The notes beneath the pieces were generated by a model that was not told where the DNA came from, did no database searches, and saw nothing but the letters and a program-made list of their open reading frames with translations. Of a stretch of 64,000 nucleotides of DNA, positions 54,103 to 63,700 are shown piece by piece. How positions within the stretch are numbered: position 1 is the first letter of the stretch; each line of letters starts with the position of its first letter. Source of the DNA: an uncultured Bacteroides sp. (lineage in GTDB: Bacteria; Bacillota; Clostridia; Oscillospirales; Acutalibacteraceae). The stretch is taken from contig CAYNGP010000001.1 in the NCBI GenBank assembly GCA_964396885.1, positions 4,766 to 68,765 on the forward strand. Reading direction: 5' to 3'. The translations under genes and the position numbers were made by a program.

Positions 54103-56127
54103 TTATTTATCTTTTTTAACAATCAATGTTCGCATTGCGTTTGCAATGGCGATAAGGCACACACCCACATCTCCGAACACTGCAAGCCACATTGCATTTT
54201 CATCAAATATTCCGATTGTACAACCAACAATAATCAGAATTTTAACTGCCAGTGAAAAGACAATGTTTTCCTTAACGATTCTGATTGCTTTCTTTGCAAT
54301 TCTTCTGCCCACAGGTATTTTGGACAACGAGTCGCTCATAATCACCATATCGGCTGCTTCAATAGCAATATCACTGCCAACTGCACCCATTGCAACACCT
54401 AAATCAGCCTGAGCAAGAACAGGAGCGTCATTAATTCCGTCACCTGTATAAAGGACCTTTGCACCATTCTTCTGGAGCTCAACAACCTTTTCAACCTTAT
54501 CAGCAGGCAGCAGCTTTGCATAAACGGTATCAATGCCTGCCTTTGCTGCAATATCATTGGCAATATGCTCCTTGTCACCTGTGAGCATAACGGTATTATT
54601 AATACCCTGTGACTTCAGACGAGCAATAGCATCCTTGCTGTCCTGCTTAATAATGTCAGCAAAGACAATATTTCCTTTAAACTCATTTTCTGTTGCACAA
54701 TACACTGCAGTACCGATTGACTTTGTTTCATTAAAGGCAACACCAATTTCCTGCATCAGTTTTTCATTGCCCACATAATATTTAACACCATCAACGATTG
54801 CTGATACGCCCTTGCCCGGATAATTCTTTGCATCCTTAACATCACATTCATCAGAATAATGACCAAAGGCAAGGCAAATGGATTTCGCAATAGGATGTGT
54901 TGAGTAACGCTCGCAGGCTGCAATTATCTTCAATAATTCTCGATGACTATTATCACTGCAATGACAATTATGACATTCACAGCTTACATATTCAAACTTA
55001 CCGCTTGTTATAGTACCTGTTTTATCAAAGACACCTGTATCAACCTTTGCCAATGCTTCAAGATAATTACCGCCTTTAATCAGAATGCCCTCTTTTGAGC
55101 ATGCACCGATTCCTCCAAAAAAGCTGAGCGGAATTGAAATAACAAGTGCACAAGGACAGGAAACGACTAATACTGACAAGCCTCTGAATATCCATTCCTT
55201 CCACTCGCCGCCAAAGAAGAGTGGTGGTAAAACAATAACAAGCAGTGCAATCAGACAAACAATAGGTGTGTAAATTCTTGCAAATCTTGTGATAAACTGC
55301 TCTGCACCTGATTTTTTGTCCTCGGCATCCTCAAGCATATCAAGAATTTTGGCAACGGTTGAATCCTTATATGCCTTAACTGCCTTAACAGTAACTGCAC
55401 CATCAATAACAACAGAGCCTGCTAATACCTCATCCCCTGCTGTTTTTGTAACCGGAACTGATTCGCCTGTGAGTGCCTTCATATCAACCTCAGCACAGCC
55501 ATCGACAATCTCGCCGTCAACATCAAGCTTTTCACCCGGCTTGATTATCATAAATTCACCGATTTTAACATCCTCGGGTGCTATTAAAGTCTCCTTGCCG
55601 TCACGCAAAACTGTAACCTGCTGGGGCTTCAGCTCAAGCATATCTTTAATGGATTTACGACTTTTCTGCACGGCAAGACTTTGTAAAAATTCACCTATAG
55701 TAAATAAAAACATAACTGCACAGCCTTCGGTATATTCACCAACAGCAAATGCACCTATGGATGCAATAGTCATCAAAAAGTTTTCATTGAACACATCACC
55801 GTGAAATACACCCTCAAAGGCTTCTTGGATAACGGAAAAGCCCATCAGCAGATATGAAATGCCGAAACAAATCAGCGGCACTTTGTCATTAAGATTTAAA
55901 ATGCCATTTTCAATCAGTTCACTTAATATGTAACCAATAACCAGCAATACTCCGCCGCAGCCGACTTTAAAGGCAAAATCCTTTTTGTTCAGTTCCTCGT
56001 GTGCATGGTCATGACCACAGCCGCAGCCGTCGCCGTGATGGTGATGATGCTCGTGTTCATCGTGATGATGTTCGTGTTCACAGCAATCGCAATGGCTGCC
56101 GTGATGATGCTTATGTTCTTCTGCCAT
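54103..56127 (-). CDS. cadA: Heavy-metal (Zn/Cd/Co) P1B-type ATPase with His/Cys-rich N-terminus
   Basis: TGES, SCPCAL, DKTGT, STHP and GDGIND motifs; N-terminal HHH/CC tract. Confidence 0.88.
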   Translation of the reverse strand: MAEEHKHHHGSHCDCCEHEHHHDEHEHHHHHGDGCGCGHDHAHEELNKKDFAFKVGCGGVLLVIGYILSELIENGILNLNDKVPLICFGISYLLMGFSVIQEAFEGVFHGDVFNENFLMTIASIGAFAVGEYTEGCAVMFLFTIGEFLQSLAVQKSRKSIKDMLELKPQQVTVLRDGKETLIAPEDVKIGEFMIIKPGEKLDVDGEIVDGCAEVDMKALTGESVPVTKTAGDEVLAGSVVIDGAVTVKAVKAYKDSTVAKILDMLEDAEDKKSGAEQFITRFARIYTPIVCLIALLVIVLPPLFFGGEWKEWIFRGLSVLVVSCPCALVISIPLSFFGGIGACSKEGILIKGGNYLEALAKVDTGVFDKTGTITSGKFEYVSCECHNCHCSDNSHRELLKIIAACERYSTHPIAKSICLAFGHYSDECDVKDAKNYPGKGVSAIVDGVKYYVGNEKLMQEIGVAFNETKSIGTAVYCATENEFKGNIVFADIIKQDSKDAIARLKSQGINNTVMLTGDKEHIANDIAAKAGIDTVYAKLLPADKVEKVVELQKNGAKVLYTGDGINDAPVLAQADLGVAMGAVGSDIAIEAADMVIMSDSLSKIPVGRRIAKKAIRIVKENIVFSLAVKILIIVGCTIGIFDENAMWLAVFGDVGVCLIAIANAMRTLIVKKDK

Positions 56128-56129
56128 AA

Positions 56130-56432
56130 TTATTCCTCCACGTGCTCTGTAGCACAATTAATAATAGTTTTTACATGGTCATCGGCAAGTGAATAAATCA
56201 TACTTTTGCCCTGACGCCTGTATTTTATCAAATGATTTTGCTTAAGTACCCTGAGCTGGTGCGAAATCGCTGTCTGGCTCATTTCAAGCTTTTCGGCGAT
56301 TTCCCCCACACAAAGCTCACCTGAAAACAGTGCCGCCAAAATCCTTATTCTTGTTGAATCGGAAAACACTTTAAACAGATCGGCTAAGTCATAAACCAGC
56401 TCTTCGTCAAAAATTTCATTATCTTCATTCAT
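56130..56432 (-). CDS. ArsR/SmtB family metal-sensing repressor
   Basis: FKVFSDSTRIRIL, ELCVGEI, SHQLRVL and alpha-5 DDHV...EH motifs. Confidence 0.9.
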   Translation of the reverse strand: MNEDNEIFDEELVYDLADLFKVFSDSTRIRILAALFSGELCVGEIAEKLEMSQTAISHQLRVLKQNHLIKYRRQGKSMIYSLADDHVKTIINCATEHVEE

Positions 56433-56441
56433 AATACACAC

Positions 56442-56467
56442 CTCATATGAATAATTGTTCATATGAG
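56442..56467. promoter_or_regulatory. SmtB/CadC-type operator palindrome
   Basis: CTCATATGAA-TAATTG-TTCATATGAG with perfect 10-bp arms, immediately upstream of the ArsR gene. Confidence 0.8.
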
Positions 56468-56476
56468 CATTATATA

Positions 56477-57148
56477 TTATTTGAGATAAGTTGTCAACTG
56501 TTTATTTATATCAATTGTTCCAAGCAGAATATTTTCAAGCTTATCGCCCTTTGCTTTCAGCATATTTTCAAGCTCTTTTTTTGTTACTCCCGCCACAGAT
56601 AAATTATCATCAATAATATGCCCATCCATAATTACATTAATATAAAGACCCTCTCTTGTTGGCGAAAAGTTGAAATCCTTAGGATTGAGCTGTCTTTTTT
56701 GTGCCACAGGCTGAAAGCTGATTTTTCCCGTTGTTTCCATAATAGCATAATCAATATCAGAAAGATTGAAATAGCCGTTGCCCCTTGCACTTGAGAGCAA
56801 ATCGTCAAGCTCAATACGTGCTTTTTTTAATCCCTTTTCACTGATTTTACCACGTTCAATAATTATAATCGGCTTACCTGAAATAAACTTTCTCGCCTTA
56901 ATGCTTTTTTGAGCCAGAATAGAAAGTACAACACCCACTACGCCGTAAATAACCATTGCTGAAATACCCTTCCACCATTCAATATCAATATTAGTAGACA
57001 TTTCTGCAGCAATAGAACCGATTGTAATACCGACAACATAATCGAAAAAGCTCATTTCACTGATTTGCCTGAATCCGATTATTTTTGTAATAATAAATAA
57101 TACTGTTAACGATACTAATGATAAAATAATTATATAAGCAAACTCCAT
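56477..57148 (-). CDS. DUF421 (YetF) family membrane protein
   Basis: RQISEMSFFDYVVGITIGSIAA, GKPIIII and AIMETTGKIS motifs. Confidence 0.88.
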   Translation of the reverse strand: MEFAYIIILSLVSLTVLFIITKIIGFRQISEMSFFDYVVGITIGSIAAEMSTNIDIEWWKGISAMVIYGVVGVVLSILAQKSIKARKFISGKPIIIIERGKISEKGLKKARIELDDLLSSARGNGYFNLSDIDYAIMETTGKISFQPVAQKRQLNPKDFNFSPTREGLYINVIMDGHIIDDNLSVAGVTKKELENMLKAKGDKLENILLGTIDINKQLTTYLK

Positions 57149-57233
57149 AAAATCACCAAGTGTATTTTGTGCACTATTCACCATTTTTATTTTTTATAAA
57201 ATATGGTATAATTTAATTTCAGGTGGTGGTAAT

Positions 57234-57836
57234 TTGGGAAAAGCAGGTGTTAAAGCGGCAATTTTCGGCTTTAGCGTAAATTTTATTTTATTTTTAATAA
57301 AGCTTTATGTCAGCATCAGCTCAGGCTCACTTGCCATTTACTGCGACGGAATAAATAATCTTGGTGACACATTATCCTGTATAATCGCTTTAGTCGGTTT
57401 CATTTTAGCCATTAAGCTTAATGAACGAAAAAGCAATAGAGCTCAGGCACTTGCATCCTTTGTAATCGGATTAATTCTTGCATTCACCGGTGCCTATTTT
57501 GCATATAACGGTGTTGAAAGACTGATGTACCCTGTTCAGATTTCATACATTTATAAATATGCAATATTAATTGCTGTTACTGTTTTCGTTAAGCTGATTA
57601 TGGGTATTGTTTATCTTTATGTTAACAAAAAACACCCATCACCTGTATACAAAACACTGATAATGGATAGCTTTCTTGACTGTGCAATCACGTTCTCCAC
57701 ACTTCTCAGTTTAACACTGTCAGTTAAAATCAACTTTGCAATTGACAGCATTTTATCAATTGTTATAGGAATTACTGTTGCAATCAGTGCCGTTAAAACA
57801 CTTATTGCACAGTGCAAATATTTAATAAATGATTAG
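57234..57836 (+). CDS. Cation diffusion facilitator, TM domain only
   Basis: N.ILFLIKL...SGSLAIYCDGINNLGD; 6 TM helices; no C-terminal cytosolic domain. Confidence 0.7.
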   Translation: MGKAGVKAAIFGFSVNFILFLIKLYVSISSGSLAIYCDGINNLGDTLSCIIALVGFILAIKLNERKSNRAQALASFVIGLILAFTGAYFAYNGVERLMYPVQISYIYKYAILIAVTVFVKLIMGIVYLYVNKKHPSPVYKTLIMDSFLDCAITFSTLLSLTLSVKINFAIDSILSIVIGITVAISAVKTLIAQCKYLIND

Positions 57837-57844
57837 GAGCGCTT

Positions 57845-59104
57845 ATGGAAAAGGTTAAAAAATCGCCAAAGCAAAAATCGAAAATGTTTTTTAAAATTCT
57901 ATTAATATTTGTATTAATTATCGCTATTTTATGCACCGCGCTCACCTGCGTGTCACTTGTGGGAATAAAATCCAATAAAAATTTTATTTCATCAATCAGT
58001 ACTGTTGAGTATGACAATCAGCTTGTACCTGAGCTTGGTGATGACGGTTACTATACATTCGTAACGGATGACAACTTTAAAGTACTGCAATTAACTGACA
58101 TACATATTGGTGCAGGCTTTATGAGTATTAAAAAGGACAATATGGCACTGAATGCAGTTGCTGCAATGATTAGTGCTGAAAAGCCGGATTTAGTTGTTGT
58201 TACAGGTGATATTGCATACCCTGTTCCTTTTCAGGCAGGCACAATGAATAACAAAAACAGTGCTAAGCTTTTTGCTGAGCTTATGGAACAGCTTGGTGTT
58301 TACTGGTGCCACACCTTCGGCAACCACGATACAGAATCCTATTCTTATTATACCCGTGAGCAGATTGCTGATTTTTATGCAGGCGAGGATTATCCGCACT
58401 GCATTTCACAGGCCGGTCCTGACGATATTGACGGAACAGGCAACTATGTTGTGAATGTTAAAAACACCAAGGGTGAAATCACACAGAGTCTGTTTATGCT
58501 CGATTCACACTCATATGTTGACAATGACCTTGTGGGTCTTTTAATGAAATATGACACCATTCACGAAAATCAGGTTAAATGGTATGAGGAAACGGTTAAC
58601 AGCCTCACTGCCGAAAACAATGGTGTAACACCTAAATCACTGGCGTTTTATCACATCCCTAACCCTGAATTTAAAGACGGCTGGTATGAATTAATCGACA
58701 ATGATTTTAAAGATACTGAAAATGTTAAATACAAATATGGTAAACTCGGCGAGGAAAACCTTTTAATTTGTTCAAGCGGTTACAACTACGGCTTCTTTGA
58801 CAAATGTGCGGAGCTCGGCTCAACACAGGGAATTTTTGTAGGTCACGATCACCTGAACAATTTCTCTATTAATTATAAGGGAATCCAGCTTACATACGGA
58901 TATTCCATTGACTACCTTGCATACTTCGGCATTATGAAATACGGTTTGCAGAGAGGCTGCACCACCATTGACATTATGCCTGACGGTAGCTTTGATTGCA
59001 GAAAAGAAAACTACTATCAGGATAAATATGCTGCTGTCAATGCAAAGGAAGCTGTAACAATGGATAATTATTATGATAGTGTAGAAGATATACCTGAAAA
59101 ATAA
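57845..59104 (+). CDS. Membrane-anchored calcineurin-like metallophosphoesterase (paralog 1)
   Basis: TDIH, TGD, GNHD, HIP and GHDH motifs; N-terminal TM helix. Confidence 0.9.
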   Translation: MEKVKKSPKQKSKMFFKILLIFVLIIAILCTALTCVSLVGIKSNKNFISSISTVEYDNQLVPELGDDGYYTFVTDDNFKVLQLTDIHIGAGFMSIKKDNMALNAVAAMISAEKPDLVVVTGDIAYPVPFQAGTMNNKNSAKLFAELMEQLGVYWCHTFGNHDTESYSYYTREQIADFYAGEDYPHCISQAGPDDIDGTGNYVVNVKNTKGEITQSLFMLDSHSYVDNDLVGLLMKYDTIHENQVKWYEETVNSLTAENNGVTPKSLAFYHIPNPEFKDGWYELIDNDFKDTENVKYKYGKLGEENLLICSSGYNYGFFDKCAELGSTQGIFVGHDHLNNFSINYKGIQLTYGYSIDYLAYFGIMKYGLQRGCTTIDIMPDGSFDCRKENYYQDKYAAVNAKEAVTMDNYYDSVEDIPEK

Positions 59105-59115
59105 AGGAGAAAGCT

Positions 59116-60393
59116 ATGGCTGTTAAAAGCAGAAAAGAAAAGAGAGTATTAACCGCAGAAGAGAAAAAATTAAGAAGAAAGAAAAGGGGCAAAATAGCAC
59201 TTATTGTTATTACCTCACTGATTGCGATTATTGCACTGCTTGCTGTAATCGGCTCCGTAATGTCAAACGTTGGCATAAAATCAAATCAGAATTTTATAAA
59301 ATCGCTGGAAACGGTTAAATATGAAAATCAGCTTGAGCCTGTAATTGCTGATGACGGATATTACACCTTTACTACTGATAGTGATTTCAAAATTATGCAG
59401 CTCACCGACATTCACCTTGGTGCAGGCTTTATGAGTATAAAGAAAGACAATATGGCACTCAATGCCGTTGCCGCAATGGTCAGCGAGGAAAAGCCTGATT
59501 TAGTTGTGGTTTCAGGTGATATTGCTTTCCCCGTTCCGTTCCAGGCAGGAACAACAGACAACAAAAATTCAGCTATGCTTTTTTCTGAGCTTATGGAACA
59601 GCTTGGTGTTTACTGGTGTCCTGTTTTCGGTAACCACGATACAGAGTCCTATTCAAAATATACACGCGAGGAAATTGCTGCATTTTATTCAAGCGAGGAT
59701 TATCCGCACTGCCTGCTGCAGCCGGGTCCTGAGGATGTTGACGGATACAGCAATTACATAGTTAATGTAAAAAACACCAAGGGCAAAATCACCCAAAGCA
59801 TTATAATGCTTGATTCTCTTTCATATGTTGGTGAAAGAGCAATTGACGGAATTATCCTTAAATACGACAAAATGCACGATAATCAGATTGCATGGTACAA
59901 GGAGCAGATTACGGCTTTAACCGAAGAAAATGGCGGTGAAACACCTAAATCACTTGCTTTTTTCCACATTCCTCTTATTGAGTATAAGGATGCTTGGAAT
60001 GAATATATAACAAATGATTATAAGGACACAGAAAATGTTAAATATTATTACGGAACCTTAAATGAGCCCGGTGATATGATTTGCTGTGCTGATGAAAACA
60101 GCGGACTTTTTGATGCTGCACTTGAGCTTGGCTCAACACAGGGCATTTTTGTAGGCCATGATCATTTAAATAGCTTTTCACTTGACTATAAAGGTATACG
60201 CTTAAGCTACGGCTATTCAGTTGACTACCTTGCTTATTTCGGCATTGCCAACTACGGTGCTCAGCGTGGCTGTTCCATAATCACAGTGTCACCTGACGGC
60301 AGCTTTGAGTCAGTGATTGAAAATTATTATCAGGATAAATACACACCTGTTAACGAAAAAGAATCCGTTAAAATGGAAGGCTACATAGTTTAA
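59116..60393 (+). CDS. Membrane-anchored calcineurin-like metallophosphoesterase (paralog 2)
   Basis: Same motifs; long stretches identical to 57845-59104. Confidence 0.9.
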   Translation: MAVKSRKEKRVLTAEEKKLRRKKRGKIALIVITSLIAIIALLAVIGSVMSNVGIKSNQNFIKSLETVKYENQLEPVIADDGYYTFTTDSDFKIMQLTDIHLGAGFMSIKKDNMALNAVAAMVSEEKPDLVVVSGDIAFPVPFQAGTTDNKNSAMLFSELMEQLGVYWCPVFGNHDTESYSKYTREEIAAFYSSEDYPHCLLQPGPEDVDGYSNYIVNVKNTKGKITQSIIMLDSLSYVGERAIDGIILKYDKMHDNQIAWYKEQITALTEENGGETPKSLAFFHIPLIEYKDAWNEYITNDYKDTENVKYYYGTLNEPGDMICCADENSGLFDAALELGSTQGIFVGHDHLNSFSLDYKGIRLSYGYSVDYLAYFGIANYGAQRGCSIITVSPDGSFESVIENYYQDKYTPVNEKESVKMEGYIV

Positions 60394-60415
60394 TAAAAAT
60401 AACCTGCATTACTTA

Positions 60416-60444
60416 TTGACAAAATAAAAACAGTTGTATATAAT
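60416..60444 (+). promoter_or_regulatory. Consensus sigmaA promoter for FMN riboswitch/ribU
   Basis: TTGACA-17 bp-TATAAT. Confidence 0.8.
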
Positions 60445-60457
60445 AACAATACAAAAT

Positions 60458-60571
60458 ATTTTCGGGGCGAGGTGCAATTCCTCACCGGCAGTTAAAGTCT
60501 GCGACCTGCATCACTGCAGCTGAATGGGTGAAATTCCCATACCGACGGTTAAAGTCCGGATGAGAGAAAAT
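60458..60571 (+). ncRNA. FMN riboswitch (RFN element)
   Basis: TTTTCGGGGCGAGGTGCAATTCCTCACCGGC...GGGTGAAATTCCCATACCGACGGTTAAAGTCCGGATGAGAGAAAA. Confidence 0.93.
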
Positions 60572-60633
60572 GTTGGGTAAGGTATAATAGCATATAACAT
60601 TATTGTGTCCTTACCATAGGTCAAAACATTTGC

Positions 60634-60669
60634 GCCCCAACTTTTTCAAGTTGGGGCTTCTCTTTTTTT
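60634..60669 (+). terminator. FMN riboswitch terminator
   Basis: GCCCCAACTT/AAGTTGGGGC followed by a T-rich run. Confidence 0.8.
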
Positions 60670-60696
60670 ACTCCCCCAAAACAAAGGAGAAGAAAG

Positions 60697-61290
60697 ATGA
60701 ACAACAAAAAAGTAAGAACACTGACAGGAACAGCAATGCTAACCGCAATAGGTGTGGCACTGCAATACATTGAGTTTTCAATACCGATTATGCCAAGCTT
60801 CATTAAGCTGGATTTTTCAGATTTGCCTGAACTTATCGGTGCTTTTGCCTACGGTCCTGTGGCAGGTGTAGTCATCTGCCTGCTCAGAAACCTGATACAT
60901 ATGGCTGTCAGCCAGAGTGGTTTTGTGGGCGAGCTGTCAAACTTCATCCTCGGTGCAACCTTTGCACTTGTGGCCGGCTTGATTTACAAGAAAATGAAAA
61001 CGAAAAAGGGTGCAATCATCGGCGGTGTATCAGGTGCTGCTGCAATGGCAGGCATAAGCGTTTTCACAAACTATTTCATTATTTATCCGCTTTATTACAG
61101 TGTACTCGGTTTTCCGGAGGAAGCCGTTCTCGGTATGTATCAGGTATTACTGCCAAGTGTTGAAAATATTTTTCAGGCGCTGTTAATTTTCAACCTGCCG
61201 TTCACCTTTGCCAAGGCAATGATTTGTGTGGTGATTGCAATGATAATTTATAAGCCATTGTCAAAATTATTAAAAGGTAAACAACAATAA
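60697..61290 (+). CDS. ribU: ECF transporter S component, riboflavin
   Basis: PSFIKLDFSDLPELIG..AYGPVAG, VGELSNF and PFTFAK motifs; downstream of an FMN riboswitch. Confidence 0.88.
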   Translation: MNNKKVRTLTGTAMLTAIGVALQYIEFSIPIMPSFIKLDFSDLPELIGAFAYGPVAGVVICLLRNLIHMAVSQSGFVGELSNFILGATFALVAGLIYKKMKTKKGAIIGGVSGAAAMAGISVFTNYFIIYPLYYSVLGFPEEAVLGMYQVLLPSVENIFQALLIFNLPFTFAKAMICVVIAMIIYKPLSKLLKGKQQ

Positions 61291-61380
61291 TTAATACGCT
61301 TTTCATTTTTGTCTTAGGAGTCGGCAGGCAGCAGCCTGTCGGCTTCTTATATTTCTCAGCTTTATCAACGATAACAGAAC

Positions 61381-61535
61381 GGATTCTACTTTACTCAGCT
61401 TGTTATACGGATTGCATTTTTAGGTGGTATTCACCTTTTCACTATAGGAATAATCGGCGAATACCTCGCAAAAAATTATATTGAAACTAAAAACGACCAA
61501 TCTATATAGCCAAAGAAATTATTGATTATAAATAA
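61381..61535 (+). pseudogene. C-terminal remnant of a GtrB-like GT2 glycosyltransferase
   Basis: FLGGIHLFTIGIIGEYLAKNYIETK, then a frameshift into RPIYIAKEIIDYK*; no N-terminal domain or start codon. Confidence 0.7.
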
Positions 61536-61610
61536 TTATTGATATTTTAATGATAATGTTGTATAATATTTTAGTAAATTTTACTATTATTATATTAGGA
61601 GATAGTTATT

Positions 61611-62480
61611 ATGTTAGTTTCTGCAACAGAAATGCTTAAAAAAGCTAAGGCAGGCCACTATGCAGTTGGTCAGTTCAACATCAACAACCTTGAGTGGACA
61701 AAGTCCATTCTTTTAACCGCTCAGGAGCTGAACAGCCCTGTTATTCTCGGTGTATCCGAAGGTGCAGGCAAGTATATGACAGGCTTCAAGACCGTTGCTG
61801 CTATGGTTAAGGCAATGGATGAGGAGCTTGGAATCACTGTTCCTGTTGCACTTCACCTTGACCACGGCTCATACGAAGGCTGCTACAAATGTATTAAAGC
61901 AGGCTTTACATCAATTATGTTTGACGGCTCTCATTATCCTATCGAGGAGAATGTTGCTAAAACAACCGAGCTTGTAAATGTTGCTCACGCTCTCGGTCTT
62001 TCAATTGAGGCTGAGGTAGGCTCTATCGGCGGCGAGGAAGATGGCGTTGTTGGTGCAGGTGAATGTGCTGATCCAAAAGAATGTAAGATGATTGCTGACC
62101 TTGGTGTTGATATGCTTGCAGCCGGTATTGGTAATATTCACGGCAAATATCCTGAAAATTGGGCAGGTCTTTCATTTGAAACACTTGATGCTGTTCAGCA
62201 GGAAACAGGCATTATGCCTCTTGTTCTTCACGGTGGTACAGGTATCCCAGAGGATATGATTAAAAAGGCTATTGACCTTGGCGTATCTAAAATCAATGTT
62301 AATACAGAGTGCCAGCTCTCTTTCCAGGAAGCTACACGTAAGTACGTTGAAGAAGGTAAGGATTTACAGGGTAAAGGCTTTGACCCTCGTAAGCTTCTTG
62401 CTCCTGGTGCACAGGCTATCTGTGATACTGTTAAGGAAAAAATGGAGCTCTTCGGCTCAGTTGGTAAGGCAAACGACTAA
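61611..62480 (+). CDS. fba: Class II fructose-1,6-bisphosphate aldolase
   Basis: GQFNINNLEW, LHLDHG, GNIHG, LVLHGGTG and GFDPRK motifs; promoter TTGATA-17-TATAAT at 61539-61567. Confidence 0.93.
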   Translation: MLVSATEMLKKAKAGHYAVGQFNINNLEWTKSILLTAQELNSPVILGVSEGAGKYMTGFKTVAAMVKAMDEELGITVPVALHLDHGSYEGCYKCIKAGFTSIMFDGSHYPIEENVAKTTELVNVAHALGLSIEAEVGSIGGEEDGVVGAGECADPKECKMIADLGVDMLAAGIGNIHGKYPENWAGLSFETLDAVQQETGIMPLVLHGGTGIPEDMIKKAIDLGVSKINVNTECQLSFQEATRKYVEEGKDLQGKGFDPRKLLAPGAQAICDTVKEKMELFGSVGKAND

Positions 62481-62498
62481 TTCATTTACCAAATATTT

Positions 62499-62535
62499 AA
62501 CCCCTTGCAATTTATATTGCAAGGGGTATTTTTTG
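62499..62535 (+). terminator. Intrinsic terminator
   Basis: ACCCCTTGCAAT/ATTGCAAGGGGT followed by a T-run. Confidence 0.8.
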
Positions 62536-62583
62536 ATGTGATTTAAATCACAGGGGACAATGTCAACATCGTTCCGTTATACA

Positions 62584-62979
62584 TTATTTATTCCGTTCAA
62601 CAAGTTCCTCAATAATCATTTTTGACATTATGTTGAGGAAAACCCATTCAAGCACCCACATAAACAGCGGCGCAACAAAGGCGGTAATAATTCCGCCAAG
62701 GGGAAAGCCGTCCTTCAAAATGCCGAAAACTGCCAATGCCCAGAAAAACAGAGTTATCCCTGCTGCCAACAAAATCATCAATACATTCGGCAGAATGTCA
62801 ACCTTAACCGATGTATCGTTCAGCTTAATCAAATTAATTTTCGGATTGCCGATTACAGTAAAAACTGCATTATACCGAACATTCAACCCTGATATTGATT
62901 TTTCACAGCTAAAATGCGGATCATCTGACAACTTTTCAAACAGCTTATCCACATTATCCGTTTCAATTATTTTTTTCAT
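62584..62979 (-). CDS. Hypothetical protein with two C-terminal TM helices
   Basis: ORF overlapping the upstream ATP-grasp gene end; two hydrophobic segments. Confidence 0.6.
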   Translation of the reverse strand: MKKIIETDNVDKLFEKLSDDPHFSCEKSISGLNVRYNAVFTVIGNPKINLIKLNDTSVKVDILPNVLMILLAAGITLFFWALAVFGILKDGFPLGGIITAFVAPLFMWVLEWVFLNIMSKMIIEELVERNK

Positions 62980-63700
62980 AGTTCAGCTCTTCTTTTATAT
63001 AGTCGCAATAGCGTGACAAAATATCAATGTCCGTTTGGTCATAGACCATTCTTGCACCAACAGTGTCCTCAATTTCATTAAAAACAAGCCTGCCGTTATT
63101 GAAAATAAAATCAATTCCGATATAATCGCTTTTAACAAGGGCGGTTATTTTTTTTACAAGCTGTTTTTCTTCGCTGCTAAGAGTATAAGGTGTGGCACTG
63201 CCGCCAAGACAAAAGTTTGAGCGAAAATCCGTTTTGCTCTCCCTGAGTATTGCAGTAACGATTTCACCACCCATTACCCAAACTCTTAAATCCTTACCAA
63301 GGGTATCACAAGGTTTTTGATAAACATAACCCTTCTGAAAATTTTCAGACTCTGTGCGCATTTCAACCTCAGTACCGCCGTGACCGTCAACCTTCTTTTT
63401 AACCACAGGCACGCCAGTATAATTTATCGGCATAATTTCAACACCATGATCTGCCATAAATTCATAGCAAAGCTGCTTGTCATTTGCAAGCTTTGAAAGT
63501 GACGACGGATTAAAAACCCTTATACCCTTTTTTTCAAAATATTCTGCAATTTTATAGTCATTCGTTCTGTTGATTACAAAATCGGCATTACCCCTATAGC
63601 TTTCATCAACAAGGCGAACATCCAAATTTTCTGTAAATTTAGCAACTGCAAAGCGATTTCGCTGGGCCTCTGCTTTCGTATAAATCAAAACACCGCTCAT
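62963..63700 (-). CDS. RimK-like ATP-grasp ligase
   Basis: NDKQ, PVVKK.DGHGG, DLRVWVMGG, DFRSNFCLGG, IGIDFI and FNEIE motifs. Confidence 0.85.
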   Translation of the reverse strand: MSGVLIYTKAEAQRNRFAVAKFTENLDVRLVDESYRGNADFVINRTNDYKIAEYFEKKGIRVFNPSSLSKLANDKQLCYEFMADHGVEIMPINYTGVPVVKKKVDGHGGTEVEMRTESENFQKGYVYQKPCDTLGKDLRVWVMGGEIVTAILRESKTDFRSNFCLGGSATPYTLSSEEKQLVKKITALVKSDYIGIDFIFNNGRLVFNEIEDTVGARMVYDQTDIDILSRYCDYIKEELNYEKNN

